DNA of 64,000 nucleotides from Cyanobacteria bacterium P01_A01_bin.123. Lineage in GTDB: Bacteria > Cyanobacteriota > Cyanobacteriia > Phormidesmidales > Phormidesmidaceae. The notes under the pieces are model-generated. The model was not told the origin of the DNA and did no database searches. It worked only from the letters and a program-made list of their open reading frames with translations. Below, piece by piece: positions 56,532-64,000 of the stretch. The stretch's first letter is position 1, and every line of letters starts with the position of its first letter. Location: the NCBI GenBank assembly GCA_039815185.1, contig JBCBZT010000037.1, positions 1 to 64,000 on the forward strand, written 5' to 3'. A program made the position numbers and the translations under genes.

Positions 56532-58349
56532 ATGGCTCAGTTTAAAGACATTATTCGGTATTACAAAAAATACAGGGCGATCTCGCTCTTTAGCATTGCT
56601 GCTAGCAGCAGCTTTGAACTGATCGACTTAGTGGTGCCCTATGCCATTGGTCAAATTCTTAACGTCCTTTCTCGCCAACCCATTGATCCCCTCAGTCAGG
56701 GAGTCGTCAATCAGGTCTCTGCCCTGACCGGACTGCCTGCCGATCAATCCTTATCCCTGGGCGTACTGCTCAGCTTTATCTTTGCCGTGACCGTGGTACG
56801 CGCGCCCATTGAACCCTGGCTCGGGGTCTGGTTTCACTGGGATATCGCCCTACGCGCCCGCCGCGACCATGCTCGGCAGGTGATCAAACAGCTGCTGACT
56901 TTGCCCCTGGAATACTACGACGAAAATAACCCAGGCCGCATCGCGGGACGGGTTGCGCGGGGGCTCTCCAACCACACCTGGACTTACCCCGAAATTGCCG
57001 GGCAGCTTTTGCCCAAAATGGTGCGGGTGGCTGGCATCTTTTGCATCATCTTCTTAATCGCCTGGCCCATTGCCCTGCTGTTTTTGCTGTCGTTTGTGGT
57101 GATTTTGGCCTATAGCCTACGCGGCCTTAAGCGGTTGATTGTCAAAGAAGAGCGGCTCGATCGCTATATGGAAAATACCGAAAGCCGCACGTCCGAAATC
57201 GTCACCAACATCAAAACGGTGAAAGCGTTTGCCGCCGAAGAGGCCGAACTCAAACGCCAAAGTCAGCGGCTTGAGCGAGAGCTGACAGTCGTGGAGCAAG
57301 TCATCCATCGGGGCTATGTGATGCTGCTCGCCTGGCAAGAGCTGGTGATTCAAAGCTGTGTGTTTGGGGTGTTGGGGTTAACCCTATGGGCTACCCTACG
57401 GGGCGACATTTCCCTGGGTCATTTTGTCACCACGTTAACGGTTTCCAGCATGGCTTATGCCGAGCTAGAACCAATTAGCAACCTGGCTGAGATTTTTGCC
57501 CGCCGCTATGCGTCGATGCTGCGTTTCCATGAGTTTATGGAACTGCCTCGGGGGGCAGATGCCGTCGTGTTAAGCGATGCGCCGGATGCAGTTCCCCAAT
57601 ACCAGTTCACGGGGAAGGTGCATTTCAGCCATCTCACCTTTGGCTACGACGTCGAACGTCCGGTCTTGAAAGACATTGATCTGTTGATTGAACCGCGCCA
57701 AACCGTGGCCTTAGTTGGTCGTTCAGGGTCGGGTAAGTCCACGCTGATTAAGCTGCTGTTTCGCTATTTTGAACCCCAGCAAGGGGCGATTTTGCTCGAT
57801 GGCGAAGATATTCGGCGCTTGGATGTGGCGGGTTATCGGCAGCGGTTAGCCATCGTTCACCAAGATGTGGATATCTTCAACGGCACCCTGCTCGATAACC
57901 TGGCCTACGGTAATCCTAAGGTGACCATGGCCGAGGTGGAATCAGCCTGCGCGATCGCCCGCGTAGATGAGTTCATTCACCTGATGCCCCAGGGTTATTT
58001 CACCGTGGTGGGCGAACGAGGCGTACGCCTGTCTGGCGGCCAGCGTCAGCGGTTGGGCATTGCCCGGGCGTTGCTGGTTAACCCCGATGTGCTGGTGTTT
58101 GACGAAGCCACGTCTAGTTTGGATTACGAATCGGAACGGTCGATTCAACTGGCAATGAAAAACATCTTGGGCACTCGCACGATGTTGATCATCGCCCACC
58201 GACTCAGCACCGTCCGCGAAGCCGACAAAATTGTTGTGCTGGATCAAGGGCGAATTTTAGAAGTGGGGGATCACCATCAACTGTTGGAACATGGCGGCTT
58301 ATATGCTCGCTTACACCAGTTACAGTCCACCGGGGATTTATTGAGCTGA
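56532..58349 (+). CDS. ABC exporter (TMD + NBD half transporter); ATG 56532, ORF extends to 56478
   Basis: TM domain; GRSGSGKST, LSGGQRQRLGIARA, DEATSSLD and IAHRLST. Confidence 0.95.
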   Translation: MAQFKDIIRYYKKYRAISLFSIAASSSFELIDLVVPYAIGQILNVLSRQPIDPLSQGVVNQVSALTGLPADQSLSLGVLLSFIFAVTVVRAPIEPWLGVWFHWDIALRARRDHARQVIKQLLTLPLEYYDENNPGRIAGRVARGLSNHTWTYPEIAGQLLPKMVRVAGIFCIIFLIAWPIALLFLLSFVVILAYSLRGLKRLIVKEERLDRYMENTESRTSEIVTNIKTVKAFAAEEAELKRQSQRLERELTVVEQVIHRGYVMLLAWQELVIQSCVFGVLGLTLWATLRGDISLGHFVTTLTVSSMAYAELEPISNLAEIFARRYASMLRFHEFMELPRGADAVVLSDAPDAVPQYQFTGKVHFSHLTFGYDVERPVLKDIDLLIEPRQTVALVGRSGSGKSTLIKLLFRYFEPQQGAILLDGEDIRRLDVAGYRQRLAIVHQDVDIFNGTLLDNLAYGNPKVTMAEVESACAIARVDEFIHLMPQGYFTVVGERGVRLSGGQRQRLGIARALLVNPDVLVFDEATSSLDYESERSIQLAMKNILGTRTMLIIAHRLSTVREADKIVVLDQGRILEVGDHHQLLEHGGLYARLHQLQSTGDLLS

Positions 58350-58385
58350 TCAGCATTAATGTTTGTTCACTGTTAAGGTCGTGCA

Positions 58386-58423
58386 ATATCTTCAGTGTGT
58401 CCCTGGGGATACACTGAAGATAT
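58386..58423. terminator. Long hairpin downstream of the ABC exporter
   Basis: ATATCTTCAGTGTGTCCC-TG-GGGATACACTGAAGATAT. Confidence 0.55.
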
Positions 58424-58523
58424 GATCAAAATCAGCCATGCCTAGAAAACCTTTAGGCCAATATGAACGATTACAGATTGTTAGTTAAGGCTATGGACGT
58501 TGACATCATTACGAATGTAAAGC

Positions 58524-58709
58524 ATGGAAAAAATATTTTTTAGCTATAAACTTTTTTTTAAGGCATCAATTCTAAGCCACACAAGAATTGATGGCCACCC
58601 GGTTGTAGAACGCAAAGCAACCTACGTGTTCAAAAAAGATGCTGCTAATGCCTGGGTTTGTGCTATTGATAACTCCTATGGCCATGACTTGCTTGAAGCG
58701 AGTGTTTAA
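58524..58709 (+). pseudogene. C-terminal remnant of an NTF2-like/YybH (DUF4440) family gene
   Basis: ERKATYVFKK....WVCAIDNSYG.DLL matches the YybH-type C-terminus; the N-terminal part is missing and the upstream DNA is AT-rich. Confidence 0.55.
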
Positions 58710-59170
58710 AGCTTTTTAGTCATAAAGACGCTGTTCGGATCGTCGATATAGTCAGCAAAGGGATTGCAATACTCAAATCCATACCGACTGTACAACGCTC
58801 GTGCCGGGGCAAATTCAGCCATGGCCCCGGTCTCCAAATTTAGACATGTGTAAGTACGCTGCTGGGCTGCTTGAATAATGTGCTCAAGCACCTGAGAACC
58901 AATGCCCTTACCCCGATATGCCCTAGCAGTCCGCATTGATTTAATTTCACCCGTGCTGACATCCAGTTCTTTAAGGGCACCGCATCCCAATAGTTGATCG
59001 CCTTGCCAAACTGACCAAAAGGTAATTTGGGGCGATCGCAGCCCTTCTAAATCAAGGGCATGGACACTTTCAGGGGGCGTGATCTCATGCATTTCATCGA
59101 GATGTTCCTGAAGCAATGCAATGATCTTTTGACCCGTCAAATCATCTTCGCGAATCTGCAATTGATTCAT
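58706..59170 (-). CDS. GNAT N-acetyltransferase (YsnE/YedL-like); ORF extends to 59239
   Basis: PPESVHALDL, GCGALKEL, GEIKSMRT, RGKGIG, LNLETG and F.DY..DPNSVFM. Confidence 0.9.
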   Translation of the reverse strand: MNQLQIREDDLTGQKIIALLQEHLDEMHEITPPESVHALDLEGLRSPQITFWSVWQGDQLLGCGALKELDVSTGEIKSMRTARAYRGKGIGSQVLEHIIQAAQQRTYTCLNLETGAMAEFAPARALYSRYGFEYCNPFADYIDDPNSVFMTKKL

Positions 59171-59263
59171 CCCCTTAACGCTCTGAAGAAAGTCTATAGA
59201 GAACGCGATCGCGTCACTGTACTCACCCCTACAACCCATCAGGACAGTTGCCCTGACGCTTGA

Positions 59264-60184
59264 TCACGCCACTACCGTCAACCAATCAGCATAGTTGGGG
59301 TTGCGTCCGGCTGTGATCGTATCGAACACTTGCCGCAATTGTTCAGTCAAAGGGCGTTCTGAGGGCAGTGGGTAGTTTTCAATGCGTTTGATTGAGGCGA
59401 TCTTGGCTGCTGTTCCGGTCAAGAAGACTTCGTCAGCGATGAACAGTTCCGACTTGTCTACCTCCCGCTCTACTACTGTGATCCCCAAAGCGCGAGCCAG
59501 GCTCATAACGCTGTCACGGGTGATGCCTTCTAGGTTATCTTGCTCCACCGTGGGGGTAATCAGCGTACCGTTGCGCACAATAAATAAATTACTACCGGAG
59601 CCTTCGCTCACCTTGCCCCGCGATGTTAGCAAAATGGCTTCATCAAACCCCGAGTGAACAGCTTCGGTTTTAGCTAATGAAGACGTAATGTAGGAGGCGC
59701 TGAGCTTACCCCGCAGCGGCATAGCCCGATCTTCTTGTCGAGTCCACGAGCTGATGCGACAGGTAATCCCATCCGGAGGGAGATAGTCACCCAGTTCAAT
59801 ACCGTAGACCAAAAACGACTTTTCAATGTCGTGGAGTCGTGGTGAAATGCCTAAATCTGAGGTGTAAACCAGGGGACGTAGATAGGCCGAGGTCTGAATC
59901 GGATTCTGCCGCACAGTCTCTAGCAAAATTGAGGCAATTTTATCAGCAGGCAAATCAAAGTGCAGAAATCTGGCGCTGTGGCTGAGCCGTTGGCAGTGGC
60001 GATCGAGTCGAAATAAGGCAAATTTGCCCGGTTGGTCAGGCAAGGCATAGATGCGCAGTCCCCCTAAAGCTGCAGTGCCATAGTGCAGCGCATGGGTGGC
60101 AATAGAGAGATTTGCCTGCTCAAAGGGCACGAATTGATTTTGAAAATAGGCAATGGGAAGAAATTGATAGGAAGCCACAGCCAA
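59264..60184 (-). CDS. ilvE: Branched-chain amino acid aminotransferase (fold IV)
   Basis: THALHYGT, YLRP, GKLSASY, GFDEAIL, SEGSGSNLF, LEGITR and ADEVFLTGTAA. Confidence 0.92.
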   Translation of the reverse strand: MAVASYQFLPIAYFQNQFVPFEQANLSIATHALHYGTAALGGLRIYALPDQPGKFALFRLDRHCQRLSHSARFLHFDLPADKIASILLETVRQNPIQTSAYLRPLVYTSDLGISPRLHDIEKSFLVYGIELGDYLPPDGITCRISSWTRQEDRAMPLRGKLSASYITSSLAKTEAVHSGFDEAILLTSRGKVSEGSGSNLFIVRNGTLITPTVEQDNLEGITRDSVMSLARALGITVVEREVDKSELFIADEVFLTGTAAKIASIKRIENYPLPSERPLTEQLRQVFDTITAGRNPNYADWLTVVA

Positions 60185-60364
60185 AAATCCAAAAACTAAG
60201 GTTTTCTATTATCCCTGAGCATAGCCAAGAACGCTGTCACGAACCCGGCACAATTTAGTGAAAGTTATGTAGCACAGTCTCATGAAGCGGGTGCGATTAA
60301 ACCAGCGGCTTGGATAGCTTGCCATACACGAGTAGTGAAGTCACAGTGCAAGACCAACTCACGG

Positions 60365-61249
60365 CTAATCGTCTAACTGCCGCAAGAATTTTTGAATCAG
60401 GCCTGTTGTGACCGCAGGCAACTCAAGATGAGGCGTCAACCCAACATCGGGGATCACTTCGAAGGCGCGAACCGCAGTCGGGTTGATCTCTGCCAAACGA
60501 CGGCCAATGTCCACCGGGGTAAATTGGGACTCTGCGCCCCAGATGATGGCGGTGGGAATCGTCAGCTGGCCGATATAGCGTGATAAATCGAAGCACAGGT
60601 CACCGCGGACAAAGCTAAGCGCGGCGTAGTCGGCGTTCGGTTGCTGGGCCGAGGCCAAATAAGCCGACACAATTTCTTCAGACACTCGACTCCGTTGGGC
60701 AAATTGTCGCTGTTCTAAAAAACTACGAATGCCCCCTGACGTCGCTAAGGCCGTCGAATACAGTACCCGATCTAAAATCGGCGTACTCACCAACTGAGCA
60801 AAAAAACTACGGGTGTAATCTTCGCCAAAATCTGAAATGCCCGCTGGCGCAACTAAAACTAGGGATTTGAAAAGTTCTGGGCGGACGATCGCGACTCGGA
60901 TCACCATCGCTGCCGTCAACGATGAGGCAACCACAGAAACTGGGCGATCGCAGGTTTTCTCTAAAAATTGGGTGATCGTCTCGAGGTAATCATCAATGGT
61001 ATAAGCCCGAGCGGGATGATCGGAACCACCCCACCCGATTAAATCAGGCGCAATCGGACAATAGTCGTAGGCAAAAGCAGGATACACATGGGCCCATTCG
61101 TAGGCAGAAGAACCGCCGCCAAACCCGTGAAAAAACACTAAGGGCGATCGCCCATCATCGGCTTGCCAAAACGATGTTGGGGCTGCGTAAACCAAAGTTC
61201 CCAGGCCAGTTACCACCGAACGTTGGTAGAAGCCAGTTGCCATAAACAT
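60365..61249 (-). CDS. Alpha/beta fold hydrolase
   Basis: FFHGFGGGSS, APDLIGWG.SD, VASSL nucleophile elbow and PHLE. Confidence 0.88.
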   Translation of the reverse strand: MFMATGFYQRSVVTGLGTLVYAAPTSFWQADDGRSPLVFFHGFGGGSSAYEWAHVYPAFAYDYCPIAPDLIGWGGSDHPARAYTIDDYLETITQFLEKTCDRPVSVVASSLTAAMVIRVAIVRPELFKSLVLVAPAGISDFGEDYTRSFFAQLVSTPILDRVLYSTALATSGGIRSFLEQRQFAQRSRVSEEIVSAYLASAQQPNADYAALSFVRGDLCFDLSRYIGQLTIPTAIIWGAESQFTPVDIGRRLAEINPTAVRAFEVIPDVGLTPHLELPAVTTGLIQKFLRQLDD

Positions 61250-61794
61250 AATAAGGCTGATAATAGAGGGTATGAGGAACTTATGAAGTCTCCAGGGAAT
61301 CTATCAAGATAGTGCAAGGATAGCGTTGCTCTGAGTTGAGGGTACAGACTCGACTTAGAATCCTCAGCCTAGAGTCGCTGAAGCAGTTCGATTGAGAGGA
61401 CTCAGTGGAACAGCACTATCCTATTCATTGAGCGAGCAAGGGAGTCCGAGGTAGAAGAATAGGCCTTTTGGCTCATTCTCCCGAAATTCGATGAATGTAG
61501 CATGAATAAGAGTGTGAGGTTGTTGAGTTTAGCGAAAGCGCGTCCGTTTTATCTGAGTATCTACCCTTACCCCGGACGAGATGACAATTTGGATGTAAGC
61601 AGTAATACTGCTTAGTTCATCAAAGCATTGCATCATACCGCTAAACTATATTGTGTTTAGTTTCGTGTTAGTGATATCAGGGTGATGGCTTCTCTCGTCG
61701 GTTGGCCGAAGAAAAATTCACCATCTGCGATAGCCAGGGCATCTACGCCATCCATATCTGTATCAGGCTGTTGCACTCCTTCTACACCTAAATT

Positions 61795-62391
61795 ATGTTT
61801 AGAAACGCTCCAGGCAGTCTTGAAGACGCTATCAGTTGCGATGGTTCTTCCTTTGAACCTAAAGACGTTGAACGCAAGGATATTAATTTTGCAGAACCTG
61901 AGGTGCAGCCTAGCTGGACGGCAGAAGTTGCCACAGAAGGCACCCTTGGCTTTCATCAGTGCCATCAGATTCATATCGAGCTCGACAATTTAGACCGCTT
62001 TACGGTGGTCACCGATCAGTTCGCAGACATCGGGGTAACGTTTCACAATGCGATCGCCATTAAACCTTCAAACCCGGTTTATCCCACCCACAGCGGCGAA
62101 CGGGTTTTAATTGGGGCACCGAGTTCGGGCTGGTTATCAGCCACGTTCCATCAACCAGTGGCCTGGGTTGGGGCCTATGTGACTGGATCACGGTCAGTGT
62201 TGATGAGTGCCTTTGACGCCACTGATCGGCTCTTAACGAAAATCGAATTACCCGGCGCTAACCTAGACAATGGGGAAAATGAAGTGCCCCCCAACAGTCC
62301 TATGCTGTTGCAGGCAGAAGGGATTGCCAGTATCCGAGTCCACTGTGTAGGTGGGCAGTTTACGCTAGATGACTTTAGCTACAGCATGTAA
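61795..62391 (+). CDS. Conserved cyanobacterial hypothetical protein
   Basis: 198-aa ORF with GVTFHNAIAIKPSNP and GQFTLDDF motifs. Confidence 0.7.
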   Translation: MFRNAPGSLEDAISCDGSSFEPKDVERKDINFAEPEVQPSWTAEVATEGTLGFHQCHQIHIELDNLDRFTVVTDQFADIGVTFHNAIAIKPSNPVYPTHSGERVLIGAPSSGWLSATFHQPVAWVGAYVTGSRSVLMSAFDATDRLLTKIELPGANLDNGENEVPPNSPMLLQAEGIASIRVHCVGGQFTLDDFSYSM

Positions 62392-62447
62392 AAGCTGAGA
62401 TGCCCTTGCCACCACAAGCTAAGGTTGATGCCCCCACTTCAAAGACC

Positions 62448-63623
62448 CTAGCTTAGTTGAGCGATCGCGTTTTTAATCCGCCCCAACGCCTGCTCAATAT
62501 TCTCTAACGAATTGGCATAGGACAACCGCAAATATCCTTCTCCATGCTGGCCAAAGGATTGCCCCGCTAAGGTCGCTACACCAGCGGTTTCGAGCAAGTA
62601 ATCTGCCAGTGCTTGGGAACTCAGCGGCACCTGGCTGACATTGGCGAAGGCGTAGAAAGCACCTGCTGGCAGGGTACAGTGGATACCCTCAATCTGGTTA
62701 AGCCCATCAACGAGAACCTGCCGTCGTTGGTAAAACGCTGTCACCATCTCGTTGACGAATTTTTGATTCCCCTGGAGTGCGGCTACGCCAGCCATCTGGG
62801 TAAACGAAGCTGTACAAGAATTAGAGTTGATCATCAGCTGTTCAAGCTGCTCAGCCATCAGTTTCGACGCCACGGCATAGCCCAACCGCCACCCAGTCAT
62901 GGCATAGGTCTTAGAAAAACCATCGAGCAAAATAGTGCGATCGCCCATCCCCGGCAAGCTCAAAATGCTGTGGTGATCTTGGTCGTAGAGAATGCGCGAG
63001 TAGATTTCGTCAGCTAAAATCCAGAAGTCATGAGTTTGGGCTAAGGTGGCGATCGCGCTCAGGTCATCCTGGCTCAATGCACCACCAGTGGGGTTTTGGG
63101 GCGAATTCAAAATCAGCAGCTTTGTCCGATCAGAGACCACCAATAGCAAGTCTTCCTGCCGAAAGCGAAACCCATCGGCTTCTACCAAAGGAAGTGGCAC
63201 GGGGACACCACCGACAAACCGAATCACTGATTCATAAATAGGAAAGCCAGGATCAGGATAAATTACCTCATCACCAGGATTTACCAACGCCAAAATCGTG
63301 AAAAAGATGACGGGTTTGGCACCGGGCATTACCACCACATTTTCAGACGCAACGGTAACCCGGCGTGTAGTCGAAATATGGTGGGCGATCGTGCTGCGCA
63401 GTTCAGGTAACCCCGCCGCTGGCCCATAACCTGTATAGCCATCCTTCATGGCTTGATAGGCCGCCTCGCAGATATCGGGAGCCGTGGGGAAATCGGGTTG
63501 ACCAATTTCTAAATGGATCACTGACCGTCCCTGGGTTTCCAAGCGTTTGGCCTTTGCCAACACTTCAAAAGCCGATTCTGTTCCCAATCGCGCCATTCGA
63601 TCGGCAAAGAGCACCGAGATCAT
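62448..63623 (-). CDS. Class I/II PLP-dependent aminotransferase (AspB-like)
   Basis: IGQPDF, G.PELR, LNSPQNPTG, DEIY, GFSKTYAMTGWRLGY and GAFY. Confidence 0.95.
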   Translation of the reverse strand: MISVLFADRMARLGTESAFEVLAKAKRLETQGRSVIHLEIGQPDFPTAPDICEAAYQAMKDGYTGYGPAAGLPELRSTIAHHISTTRRVTVASENVVVMPGAKPVIFFTILALVNPGDEVIYPDPGFPIYESVIRFVGGVPVPLPLVEADGFRFRQEDLLLVVSDRTKLLILNSPQNPTGGALSQDDLSAIATLAQTHDFWILADEIYSRILYDQDHHSILSLPGMGDRTILLDGFSKTYAMTGWRLGYAVASKLMAEQLEQLMINSNSCTASFTQMAGVAALQGNQKFVNEMVTAFYQRRQVLVDGLNQIEGIHCTLPAGAFYAFANVSQVPLSSQALADYLLETAGVATLAGQSFGQHGEGYLRLSYANSLENIEQALGRIKNAIAQLS

Positions 63624-63788
63624 CCCCCAAACGTCTATTGAGCCTACGTTAGGCCATCAGACCTAGGGAACCCGCAAACCGGCAGGTAAATTTCTCAAAG
63701 CGTAATGTATGGCGGTATTAAACCCCATCCGATTTGCAGACTTGGAATGTAGCTGAGGGAAAATCATGGACCTGGATGTGGCCAAGGT

Positions 63789-64000
63789 TTAATAGGTGCC
63801 TGTTTTAACTGGGTATTCCGCTGGGTTGAGGGCAGGCACTGGGGGATGGGCCGGGAGCGATCGCTTTCTGCGTCGCGATCGCTGCAACATTAACCGCCCC
63901 ATACGCCGCCCCAGAGTTTGCCCAAGGGAAGTTTGCTTCGAACCTGTCCCCGGTTGAGCCTGAAATCGCTGAAAGTCAAGCAGCGTCATCGCAACGCTAA
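63789..64000 (-). CDS. 3' end of a gene extending beyond the window
   Basis: The frame is open from the window edge (SVAMTLLDFQRF...) to TAA at 63789; product not identifiable. Confidence 0.45.
   Translation of the reverse strand, partial: SVAMTLLDFQRFQAQPGTGSKQTSLGQTLGRRMGRLMLQRSRRRKRSLPAHPPVPALNPAEYPVKTGTY

Noticed and set aside
61657..61993. ORFs 61657-61974 (-) and 61682-61993 (+)
   Set aside because: They overlap the better-supported 61795-62391 ORF and have no recognisable motifs.

Overview
Chromosomal window from a cyanobacterium: the HIP1 octamer GCGATCGC is abundant, ycf54 and a cyanoexosortase are present, and the 16S 5' end resembles Leptolyngbyaceae/Nodosilineales. Bases 1-35.9 kb are mostly core genes: the 5' end of a 16S rRNA with its promoter, nadC, mug, ycf54, a DegT-cyanoexosortase B-Wza-Wzc surface polysaccharide locus, yidD, comFB, rpsD, a diguanylate cyclase, moaA, cbiD, guaA, cofG, a KaiB-domain gene, pilT, pyrE, tRNA-Ile(CAT) and transporters. 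Bases ~36.0-56.3 kb form a mosaic accessory region for purine uptake and catabolism: guaD, xdhABC, an NCS2 permease, an EamA transporter, an amino-acid-type ABC importer without an ATPase, a Rieske oxygenase of the VanA/NdmA/HpxD class and a GntR regulator. A vapBC pair and two decayed NACHT/NB-ARC-type pseudogenes are interspersed. The main new signal is a palindrome, TGTATAC-N-GTATACA, in five promoter regions of this cluster. It ties the metabolic genes to an uncharacterised divergent operon (secreted SH3 protein, membrane ABM-family protein, Gly-rich surface protein), and a secreted Gln/Ser/Tyr-rich peptide gene lies in the same cluster. This suggests an uncharacterised GntR-controlled (methyl)purine-scavenging system with extracellular components. 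The window ends with an ABC exporter, a GNAT, ilvE, a hydrolase and an aminotransferase. Family assignments come from motif recognition by eye; no searches were run.
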